Of a DNA stretch of 64,000 nucleotides, positions 13,901 through 24,330 are shown piece by piece; positions within the stretch are counted from its first letter, which is position 1, and each line of letters starts with the position of its first letter. The notes beneath the pieces are model-generated. The model had not been told where the DNA came from. It saw nothing but the letters and a program-made list of their open reading frames with translations, and did no database searches. The DNA is from Botryllus schlosseri (Eukaryota). The stretch spans positions 36,704,001 through 36,768,000 of the forward strand of contig CM119373.1 in NCBI GenBank assembly GCA_051294905.1, written 5' to 3'. The position numbers and the translations under genes were made by a program.

Positions 13901-14813
13901 CTCTGTCGTTTGAGGTAATTTCTGATTAGACGTACATTCAGGCTTGACCGCCAAAAATTATATTTACACTGGTACAATTTTTTAAGGCTATTGATTTTGT
14001 TGAAGTCGCCAACACTGAGATTTGCTAGATTGCCTTGGATACGGATCGATTCGAATGTCTAATACCCTAATAATTTCAAGGTACTTGTCCATAAAAGCAA
14101 CTGTTTTGTGAAACTTTGTGAAAAATAAATGCAACTTTCCGCGGATTTGCCGGCAACAAAAACTTGACCTAATAATAACACAAAAAACTCGGAATTTTAT
14201 TATCAGTTTGTTGAATTTTCGATGCGTTCTTACACATTTCGTAATCCTCATTGGCTATAATAACGTTTAAAATCCTCACTACTTCCGCTGCGTTGCGCGT
14301 TTCCATCGACCGTAACTAATTCCGTCATCATGGAATTTTATATATTCGCAGGCACACCTCTAATAGGACTATTATACATGTTCGCTTACTTCTAATCCTC
14401 TTGACCTTAATAATGGTGCCCTATAGCACGCCAACACTTGTTTTTTCAAATCATGTCCCTAATTACCCGCGATATCTGAAACGCTACTCCGTTTTACAAC
14501 CTCGCTACGTGCGACACATATAGTTTTTAAAACTGCTATATCACTAAAACAGTACGTGATTAAGTTTGATTATCTTACGGACATTATCCCCGCTATTTAA
14601 ATGCTATTTCAGGGATGGGCAATTACTTATCCCGGTTGGCCAAATGTGAAGCAGAAATGCGTTGGCGGGCCGAGACAGAATTTAGACTATATTCTGCGGC
14701 GTGCATTTTTATTTCTAAATTGAGGGCAGTGAATTGTATTGTTAACACATGATGCTAAGTGGATGTGTTAATATCAGGCTGCGTCCCGAGCTCTATTTGA
14801 CTTATCAAAATAG

Positions 14814-15705
14814 TAGGGATGGTGTGAACCTCTGAAAGGTTCAGGTTCGTGTGAACGCGAACCTTTTTGAAAGGTTCTGTGTGAACACGAACGTGAACCT
14901 CGTGACGTCACGTGACGTCATATTGCTAATTCTAACCCTATCTTCCAATATATTTATATCAATGTACACGATACCTAGCGAAGACTCGGTCCACATAATG
15001 CCACAATGCTGAAGTACATATCGGCGTTTTCAACGTCGCTAAATGTATCAATAGCGGTAATCAAAGGATATAATAGTTGCGGAAAATCAATACATTCGGT
15101 CGCTTTGCCAACAATTTCGACGAGGACATACCAAGGCCAGACCGGACAATGTGTTCAGAGTCTGAATATTGCTATATTGATATTGAGCAGAGTGTACAAC
15201 GGGTTTTTACACTCGCTACCGATACCACAAACAACAACAAGTTATGCAGCAGTACATCCGTTCGATTTTTTTACATCAGAATACGATATCAATGTCATTG
15301 ATTGGCTGAATAAGCATCATTCGCTGACTACGTATATCGCTTGTGATGTTGTGTGATTGCAGGTCAAGCTCACAGCAGAGAGTCACTAAATATTCACAAA
15401 CGGAAAGCTGGTTATTCCGAGAAAATTTTTGCAACAAAGCAACTAAAACGTTTAAGGTTGTCGAGGTGCATGGTGCATGCTCGTTAAGCGTTGATTTATT
15501 ATGCTGCCAGCACCATGCATGGAGTGACCCGCAGTTGAAATGCAATGCATTTGAGCCAAAGATCTTATAATAGAGTGAAAATTACAATTTACCAAAAGGT
15601 TCACAGTGCAGAACCTACCAAGGTTCTGTTGTGACCGCGAACCTCTAAATTTCCGAGGTTCACACACAGAACGCGAACGTGAACCTCACGTTCACACCAT
15701 CCCTA
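14814..15705. mobile_element. Non-autonomous hAT element
   Basis: TIRs TAGGGATGGTGTGAAC / GTTCACACCATCCCTA; TSD CAAAATAG at 14806-14813 and 15706-15713; subterminal GTGAACC/GCGAACC repeats. Confidence 0.9.
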
Positions 15706-15793
15706 CAAAATAGCCTTGCAGTTTTGCAAGCTTTGCTAGCTGGTCCGCGTCGGCCAAGTGTATATATTCGAATGCATGATTTTTCTCATAACA

Positions 15794-16128
15794 TAGGATT
15801 ACCATACGTCCTCCTTTAAGTGGATTTATCCTCTTTTATTTTACTTTTTTGAAATTGTCCTCGGAGGATGCCAAAATGTCCTCTTTTTTGAGAATGTTGG
15901 TGAAATATAGGACCAAACACGACTGAGGTATACAATAAGTCAGTAACTGTAGTAACGCTGCGGCGGTTACTTCGGGAGCTGGGTCGAAAAGTTAAGTTGA
16001 CTTTTATTTAGTCAACCGACCACGAAGTGGGAAAATTTACCATTTTTCCGGATTTTCCTCCGGTTTTGCAACGTTGAAAATTTTGAAAAAGTGTCCTCTT
16101 TTCAGATTTCCAAAATATGGTAACCCTA
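15794..16128 (+). mobile_element. hAT MITE (family D)
   Basis: TIRs TAGGATTACCATA / TATGGTAACCCTA; TSD TCATAACA at 15786-15793 and 16129-16136; internal GTCCTC repeats; second copy at 31955. Confidence 0.9.
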
Positions 16129-18674
16129 TCATAACACCGGTTCAAATTATATTCCCTAAACACGGATACCGGCTCGGTGCTCACCATCAACTAAAACGAT
16201 CGGCTCGCGGCTGGCTTCAGTAGTGCAGTCGTGCACTTATTGCATTATATTAACGAATTAGGATTTGGAAACGTAAGGCGAAACAGCTTAAAGCGCTTGG
16301 CGAACAAAACCACCTGCGTTATAATCCCCAATCAAATAATAATCAACAACAAACCTTAAAGCGCAGACTTGCCATCAAACAAGATTTGGACTTGACTATG
16401 GAAACAGGGACTTGTAACTTTGATTGTTACGGCATACTTTCATATATTGGCTCTATTTTGAGCCTGACTCATACGGCGTACGTATGGATTACGACTTACG
16501 TAATCACGGTACATAAATAAACTAGACTTCAAAGTTCATTCATTTTATACAGCCTAGTTTTGTCCACGCATTAACATTAATGAATGGTTTTGAAAATAAT
16601 AGGAATCGAGCGGAATGAGCAAGGTTTAAGCGTGTATGGAGAAAGACAGATTGAACACGGCACTAGGCCGAGGTGGATGTCAGTGGAAGAGGCTGTAATT
16701 GGCCGTGTCGGCATACTCCTATCTGTTCATTGCAGCGCATTGTGTCTTGTGTATCGCATTATACATTGTACGTCTTCACCTTATGAGTTCGTAGTGGGGC
16801 CCAAAATTATTTCGTAAATAAACATAAATTATATAGTATTTTCAGGTAGAACTATTAAACTTATGAATTTTCTTCGATTTAATGTCGATGCATGTCCTGA
16901 TTTTTATATGAATACCCGACCCACCCTGAAGAAATAGAATTTAGTTTAATTTACAGAAATAGGCATTGCAGGTGATCCTTGATCGTCCAACCATGAAATG
17001 TATATCTCGTATTTTCTCGTTCCGTACTCTGGCAATCGATAGACATACTGTCGTAATTACTTCTGGTAGCCTATAAAACGCCGTGATTCGAGAGTAGGTA
17101 ACCTTTTTGCTACTCACGGCCGCATTTCGATTACTTATGTAGCCTACGGCCGCATTACATGGCATATATAGCCGTAATGAACTTACTGGACGCACAATTC
17201 CCTTGTTAAACTGTCTATGTCCAGTCCATTTCCGATGAACGCCGGACTATTCAACTTTCAATATCGGCCTACTATACGCACCGAAATCGCTAGTTGTAAT
17301 TTCATAAATAGTTACCGGGACTGGTTATAGACATTAGTGGCAGTATCACATAGAATATTACTAAAAAATATTTTTCCTTTCTCAACCCATGTGATCAGAT
17401 TCACCGGTAGAGTTAATAGGACTGCTTTTTGACCTCCCATCAGGATTATCAGTATAGTGGAAACACATTGGAATCGCCCAATGTACCAGAAACAAATGTC
17501 TTTCGTGAGAAGCACACGATTCGGATTCCGGCTCAGATTGCAAAGGGCTCTACTATATCAGTTTACTATATTATAATCGAAAAATCGAAGAAAATTTCAA
17601 AATCATTAAATATCTGTGTCTATAAGAAGATCTTACCCAAGAGAAATAAGACTTCCAGGTTGAATAGCCAGCCAGCTAAACCTATAATACTTTGGTTAGC
17701 TATATAGCCTACTTCCACTCCCAGGAAACCCTACTACCTCTGCAGCATTTCGGGACGGCCATATCAAACCGCGCCACGAGACTCCAAAACATTCAAAGTT
17801 TCGACCAACATATGAGACTCCGCAGCTAGTGCTGCGAAGACATCGGCGACGAGAAAAGCTTGGCAGAAAATGACCGCTGCAAGTTGCAAGAAATGTAAAC
17901 CTGTGCCAATCGGTTCGGTTTATTAGCAATTTTTATCAAGCTCAATGCAGCACAAAAATTGCGATAAAAGTAAAAGATTGGAAGGTGTCGAAACGACTTG
18001 GCGCCCACCTTGGCCTATAGTCGACGTAGAGAGGAGGCATGCACACTGAATGAAAAGCAAAAAAAGATATTATAAAAAAAGCAAGCGATCAAAATGAGGT
18101 GGCATACGGAATGCGAGATCGATAGGTCAGGTCGTGATCCCGTAGTCTTGTGGACGGAATCGCGAAAGAGATTCTTCGTTAGTCATTGTTGGGCGATTCC
18201 AATATAGCCTATTCTGACTACATAGCAGGGAGGAGGGCACGAAATTACAACTATCAATAGAGTAATAATTACAATGGGCCCTCGTAGATGCATAATTACG
18301 GGTCGGATGGAGGTGACAAAGTGCTGTTTCGGCTGGAACGATCATTACGATAATACCCTGAGTAATATCGATCGCCCCTATCGGCTATCCTACTCCGTTA
18401 ATACTTGCCTAGTTGTAGGCCTACAAATCAGTAAATATCTGTATTTCTAATACTAGTCAGTGCTTGTACAGTGTACCCTGTCCATTCTTTATAATCGCAA
18501 TAATCGTCAGATCATTAAATTTTATCCGCTCAAGACACGCATTTGTCCCTTGTGTCAGTACTCACATGCATTAATCGTCGAGATTGTGTGTATGATTCCG
18601 ATGTCTTCATTTGTCAATACTTCTCTCAAGGGAGTCATATTACTGCATTCTGTACGACACATTCTGTATTAGTT

Positions 18675-18719
18675 GCTGACGATTACCCCTGACGAGTGTC
18701 AGCCGAAAATATTCTGGTT
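18675..18719 (+). ncRNA. Minimal type I hammerhead ribozyme motif (copy A) in a Penelope-like/retrozyme repeat
   Basis: GCTGACG-ATTACCC-CTGACGA-G-TGTCAGC-C-GAAA-ATAT-TC-TGGTT: intact core, 1-bp stem II, palindromic ATAT stem III, UUC cleavage triplet ending at 18714; one stem I mismatch next to the core. Confidence 0.65.
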
Positions 18720-19198
18720 CATTTCAATATGAATATACTATTGAAGTTCTTGATTCTGTTTTGTTTGAGTAACCAAGGTTCTGTTTCCAGTTACCATGAA
18801 GATCGTCATGATCATATCGCCGGTCCCAGTAAATGCCGATGCTTTGTTTTGCATTTAAGGCATATTATACGTGTTTTGTCCTTATCAGTTCAAGAAATAA
18901 ATCTCTCTCTCTCTCTCTATTATTATTGACGACACTGCTTCCATGACGTCAAACTACGTCATGTGAAGCCACAATATAGTGTCGTTTTTGTGGGTGCAGG
19001 CTGCAGAGAGCTTTTTGTGTATTCGATCGTGGTTGAATTAAAGGAGTTCCCTTGACATCTTTGTCGAATTTTGCATTTATGATAGGTAGTTTTGTATTAG
19101 GTAAATGTAATTTAGTATTTATTGGGGTTTTAGAGGGGCATTAGTGTGGATTTCTCACTTAATACCCAACGATGTCATGTTACAGATGCACAGTTTTT

Positions 19199-20034
19199 GG
19201 CACTTCTTCGTTATTCCCCACACATCGAAAAAATGATCCCCATGACACCAATAAATGTTTCCCCATGAACATAAACAGAAAAATTTATAAACGTCAAAAT
19301 GAATTGTTTTTCGCGTTGGGGTGGGATAGACGGATATTAGGGTTGAGGAGAGGGGAGATATTAGGGTTGGGGGAGAGGGGGATATTAGGGTTACGTGAGG
19401 GGGATATTAGGGTTGAGGAGAGGGGAGATATTAGGGTTGGGGGAGAGGGGGATGTTAGGGTTAGGGTTATGGGAGGTGGGATATTAGGGTTAGGGGAGGT
19501 GGAATATTAGGGTTAGGATTAGGGGAGGTGGGATATTAGGGTTAGGTTAGGGTTATGATTAGGGTTAGGGGAGGTGGGATATCATGTCCCTAACCCTCTT
19601 CTCCAACCCTAATATCACCCCTCTCCCCAACCCTAACATCCCCCTCTCTCCAACCCTAAATCCCGCCTCCCCTAACATCACCCTCTCCCTCAACCCTAAT
19701 ATTCACGTCCCCTAACCCTAATATCCCACCTCCCCTAACCCTAATCATAACCCTAATATCCCACCTCCCCTAACCCTAATCATAACCCTAACCTAACCCT
19801 AACCCCTAACATCCCACCTCCCCTAACCCTAATCATAACCCTAACCTAACCCTAATATCCCACCTCCCCTAACCCTAATATCCCACCTCTCCTCAACCCT
19901 AATATCCGTCTATCCCACCCCAACGCGAAAAACAATTCATTTTGACGTCTATAAAATTTCACATGTTCATGGGAATCATTTATTGGTTTCATGGTGATCA
20001 CTTCTGGATGTGTGGGGAATAACGAAGAAGTGCC
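19199..20034. mobile_element. Palindromic non-autonomous transposon (Merlin-like) carrying inverted telomere-like minisatellite
   Basis: TIRs with the first 28 nt identical (GGCACTTCTTCGTTATTCCCCACACATC) and ~160 bp similar; TSD CAGTTTTT at 19191-19198 and 20035-20042; G-rich TTAGGG array ~19332-19582 faces a C-rich CCCTAA array ~19587-19905. GG termini plus an 8-bp TSD fit Merlin (inference). Confidence 0.85.
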
Positions 20035-21189
20035 CAGTTTTTTTCCATGAGCTACACAGTCTTTTTCAATTATTATCAGAATTAGAATGACTGAATTTGA
20101 AAAAACTCCACAATTGAATTATATTCCGAGTTAGAAAGAATTATATCAGTTATCAAGTTCAGCACATATCAAATATGATAGTATTTTAATAGGAGTGAGA
20201 ATGGCACAAGCTTGGCTCGTTTCACATTACGGTATACCCAGTTGTGCCTTTGTTGTGTAGCTCATGTTTAGTGTTGCTTCAGCCGTTGAGTATCGGATGT
20301 GCGATTAATTGGTTCTTTGGTTGATTGCTTACGTTTACATGTTGATTGGATTGGAGTTAAAACTGATGGATGCGTATACAATTGGGAATTGACCAGCCCG
20401 CCCGCCCGGGCAGATCTACCAGCTACAGCCCTCTAGTCTACCGGGCCACGACCGGACATATCAATCTAGCATTAAGGCAAATGCCACCTTTTTTATCACC
20501 TGTCCTTTTACATTGTATTCTTTTACTTCTCATTCAGTGTGCATGTCTCCTTTTTTACATTGTCTAGGCCAGGGGGGTGTCTGATTTCAAAGACTGCTCC
20601 AAGTCTTTTCGACACCTTCCTATCTTTCATTTTATCGCAGTCTTGTGGTGTATTGAAATGAGGAAATTGTTAGCAATAACCTGAATAAAAGATCGCAATT
20701 GACGGATCGAATTTTATTGGTGTGTTGCTGTTGTGCACTTGTGGCAATGTCAGTTTTAATCTTCTGTAATTAACTTCGCATACCAGAAATTGATTATAAT
20801 TAGGTCACCACATTTTGCTTTATTAGTCTGATTTGACAACTAGAATTATCTGGTTGTTCAAGTCTGGCACTCAATGTATAGATAAGACAATGGCGTGCTA
20901 TGCAATGCGCTATTTGTGGTTATCTGCTACAGGGTTGGTGTGATTACGGGTTTTACAGACTGAAGCAATTGTATTCTAACTTCTAAGGCCATTTTCACTT
21001 GCCAGAGCTATACCGTAACCTAACCCTCTCCTAAGCAAATAAGCGTTGAATAAACACCCACTTTGGTTTACAAAGAAATTTCATTGTCATGTGACACTTA
21101 TGAATGAGATAGTGTTGATATTTTGTCACTATATCTTCCTGTCGCGAATAACTTTTTGTGAATGTAAATTTTGACTCGAGTGCTGTCAT

Positions 21190-22061
21190 GGCTGCCAGTG
21201 AACCCGTCCCTCGGTGAACCCGGCCCTCGATGAACTCGGCCCTCGGAAAATTTTGAAATTAAGTGTATTCACAAGTATTATTATGAATTATTAAACTAAT
21301 AATGTTATTATCAACTGATTTGTCAATCTTGTAAGGAGGTCAGGGCATGCGTAGATCACGCAGTCACGGAGTGATCGGATCACGTGATCACGATTGCGTG
21401 GTCGGCTCATTGTTGAATTGACTTGCCGAGGGGCGGACGTGCGACGTTCGACATCCTCGTATCTGTTCATGACATCGCATTGGGTCTTATCGCATTGTAT
21501 ATTGTGTGTGACTTGTTTAGATGAGAAATATATCCCAACGATTGTTATTGCTCACATATCAACCACGCGTGGTCTGCTCGTTATTGCAACTGTAGGTTGA
21601 GGTCGGGTGTTAGGGTTGGGTAGGGTAGGGGGGAGGGAGACATTAGGGTTCGGGGAGTGGGACATTGGGTTCGGGTAGGATACTAGGGTTGGGGGAGGTG
21701 GGATATTAGGGTTGGGGTAGGATGTTAGGGTTGGGATATTAGGGTTAGGGGGATATTAGGGTTGGGGGAGGGGGGATATTAGGGTTGGTGGAGGAGGGGT
21801 ATTAGGGTTGCCGTAGGTGGGATATTAGGGTTGGGGGTGGGGGGACATTAGGGTTGGGGTGGGATATTAGAGTTGCCGGAGGTGGGATATTAGGTTTGCC
21901 GGAGGTGGGATATTAGGGTTGGGGGTGGGGGACATTGGGGGTGGGGGACATTAGGGTTGGGGTAGGATATTAGGGTTGCTGGAGGTGGGATATTAGGGTT
22001 GCCGATGAATACAAAATTTCCCGAGGGCCGGGTTCACCGAGGGACGGGTTCACTGGTAATC
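21190..22061. mobile_element. Second 8-bp-TSD transposon carrying the same telomere-like minisatellite
   Basis: TIR core CCAGTGAACCCGTCCCTCGGTGAACCCGGCCCTCG with its exact reverse complement at 22022-22056; TSD GCTGTCAT at 21182-21189 and 22062-22069; GGATATTAGGGTT array ~21593-22003. Confidence 0.85.
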
Positions 22062-22149
22062 GCTGTCATAATCTGAGATTCTCCTATTTATAGTCAATTT
22101 CAACTCACAAATTATTTTCAGTGTATATCATTTGAATTAATGCAGATGT

Positions 22150-22800
22150 ACAGGCTAGCGGTAGACTGCATCAAACTTTGTTCTGTGCAACTTCAAACCT
22201 TTTAAGATGTTTATGAGGGATTGGTTATTGGGTTATTTATAATGTACCTTTCAAGAATTTTGTGTACTTGGGGTTTACAAATTTTCTGTTGACCATTCAC
22301 TTATTAAAGATATACGATGTAGCCTAATGTTGTGCGGAAGTGGGTGTGAATTCCTCTTGCAGAATCGTAAGCAGTTCAGTTGAAAATATTCTTAGATGTA
22401 GGTTTAAAATCAATATATCAGTTAGGAAGAATTTCGAACCTACCAGGAGAGGAAATGTATTTTCCTATTACAATGTGGTCTACATTTGCAATGTGTGTGA
22501 ATGGGAAAAATGAAGCAAAATGGATATCTATAATCTTTGGCTCAGAAGCCATGAAAAGTTTTAGCATTGCGATATTCTGTTTACGGTTCTGCAGAGTGGC
22601 GATATATTGTCTGTGAGGTGACTCCACGACGAGACTTGATGGTATTATGAAGTTGCGTTGCAGCTATATTCATGAAATATTTATTGGAAATTCTATCTGT
22701 ATCAGCTTTGCTTATGATGTTGTTGCCGACAATAATGACGAAAATTAGATTACTCGCAACCCTGTATTTACAAAATTATTATTGGAATTGCTATCTGTAT
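22150..22800 (-). pseudogene. Decayed LINE (L2/CR1-type) ORF2 fragment
   Basis: Manual minus-strand translation gives ISNKYFMNIA, SSPGRFEILPN, SKNIFN*T and HKILERYIINN in the order expected for the L2/CR1 pre-RT region; stops and frameshifts present. Confidence 0.45.
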
Positions 22801-23019
22801 CACTTTAGGCCTAGAATGTTAAGTATACTTCGCCCTTACGCTGGTATTGCCAGCCTCCCAGGCCCAGCCATACCGACAAAATTCGGTTACTTCTAGAAAA
22901 TTACATCAATCAATCAGTTGATCAAGTTATAACCAATTTCTTGGTTATTTATGCACATTTGTTCCAACCCGAACCTTGATTTTGAAACCGGCAAAAATAG
23001 GAGTTTCGTAACAAATATG

Positions 23020-23200
23020 TATTGAAGAGCTTCTTGGAGGTACAGAACTTGAATAGGATATTCATCTTGAAAATGAGCCCGAATATATTCGGCTGACGCT
23101 CGTCAGGGGTAATTGTCAGCGACTAGTAGAGAATTGGAAAGAACATTGTATATCGACAATCGTAATACATATTGCTGAAAGATTTCTCGTTAGCACAGTT
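23020..23200 (-). mobile_element. Hammerhead-bearing repeat, copy B (core 23075-23120)
   Basis: Reverse complement reads GCTGACA-ATTACCC-CTGACGA-G-CGTCAGC-C-GAAT-ATAT-TC-GGGCTC; the GAAA to GAAT change is likely inactivating; family flanks present on both sides. Confidence 0.65.
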
Positions 23201-23271
23201 GACTTGGAATTGCTAGTCAGGGTAAATGAGTGCTTGCAAAAATAATAATTTTAAGGCGGCATTGTTCAGAC

Positions 23272-23492
23272 CAGACATGGACAAATGAAAAATTTTCAGC
23301 TTTCCCTAAATATATTAGAATTAGAATTATAACTATCGTACACAGTTTTTTCCAAGTTTGATTGAAATTAGAATTAGCAAATTCTCAAAAACTTAAACAT
23401 TGATTCAAGCTCCGTTCATATCAAATCTTAGTTCAATCTTATAAACATTACAATGGCAAATTATCTAGTTTTCCATGTCCGAGTCTAATTCA
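23272..23492. mobile_element. MITE of the ATTAGAATTAG-rich family
   Basis: Ends CAGACATGGACAA...TTTCCATGTCCG; internal TTAGAATTAG motifs; related ends near 27900, 35610, 46505 and 59935. Confidence 0.45.
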
Positions 23493-24250
23493 GAGATCTG
23501 ACTTGATGTACCGGCATTCTAATTGTCACGTCATGTGCGAAAACCAGTTCTAAATTGCAAGCTATTTACAAGATTCCTTATCACAATAGTTTAGTTATGT
23601 TTTATGTTGTATTTATAGTGATAAAGGGATTAGCCTATAATAAAATTACTGGGTATGACTTGGCCATGCGCTAAATCTCTTCGAATCTTTATTAATCTTG
23701 ATTCAGACCTTCCATACATATCAGCGCGCATTATTTCACATTGTTTCGACGCAGATGCCACTTCAGATCAACTTCCTTGAGTCGAATTGGTTGCAGGAAA
23801 TGTAATCTCCCTCACACAGCTTGTTATGCGCGTCAGATCTTGTGCGATATAACCTGTAAATCGACTGTGCTGTACTGTGGTGGTCCATTCGTTTTATAAT
23901 AAGCTTTCCTACCTTGATGGGTAACTTGTTTCTATGCCGTTATATATAACACTTAACTGGAAAGATTATGAACACAATACTGTAGGCTATATAACCTCAA
24001 CTGTGCAGCAAAGGTCATCAAACTGCTTGATATTCTGATCATAGATAAGTAAAAACCGATTATTGCAATTTGTAGAATCAATTGCATTGTGTTATTTCAC
24101 TTGTAACGTAACCTATTTTCTGCTGTATGATTTGTTTTTGCAAAATGACCACTTTATTTCCGAAATGATGACTATGTTATCACAACTGGTTGGTCTGCTA
24201 ATGAATATGAATTAACTAGGATGTATGTACAATTGAATATTATCTATATT

Positions 24251-24330
24251 GTTGACGATTAGCCCTGATGAGTGTCAGCCGAAAAATGTGTGTTGAAGTT
24301 CTGTACCTCTAAGAAGGTCTATAACTAGGA
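24251..24330 (+). mobile_element. Hammerhead-bearing repeat, copy C (stem III and 3' strand of stem I deleted)
   Basis: GTTGACG-ATTAGCC-CTGATGA-G-TGTCAGC-C-GAAA, then joins directly to the family 3' block TTGAAGTTCTGTACCTC. Confidence 0.55.

Larger units (their letters stand above)
14610..16575 (+). mobile_element. Family B host element interrupted by two younger hAT insertions
   Basis: 5' end CAGGGATGGGCAA; segments 14610-14780, 16140-16200 and 16250-16575 match 1690-1830, 2130-2170 and 2285-2545 in the same order. Confidence 0.55.

Noticed and set aside
15077-15301. hAT dimerisation-domain remnant (SVQRVFTLAT)
   Set aside because: Only a vague match to SERxFS; the upstream WW/FP.L/IP motifs are absent.
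19332-19905. Real telomere or telomere-fusion scar; Gly-rich ORF 19172-19510
   Set aside because: The array is enclosed by TIRs and an exact TSD, so it arrived by transposition. The ORF is just a translation of the G-rich repeat.
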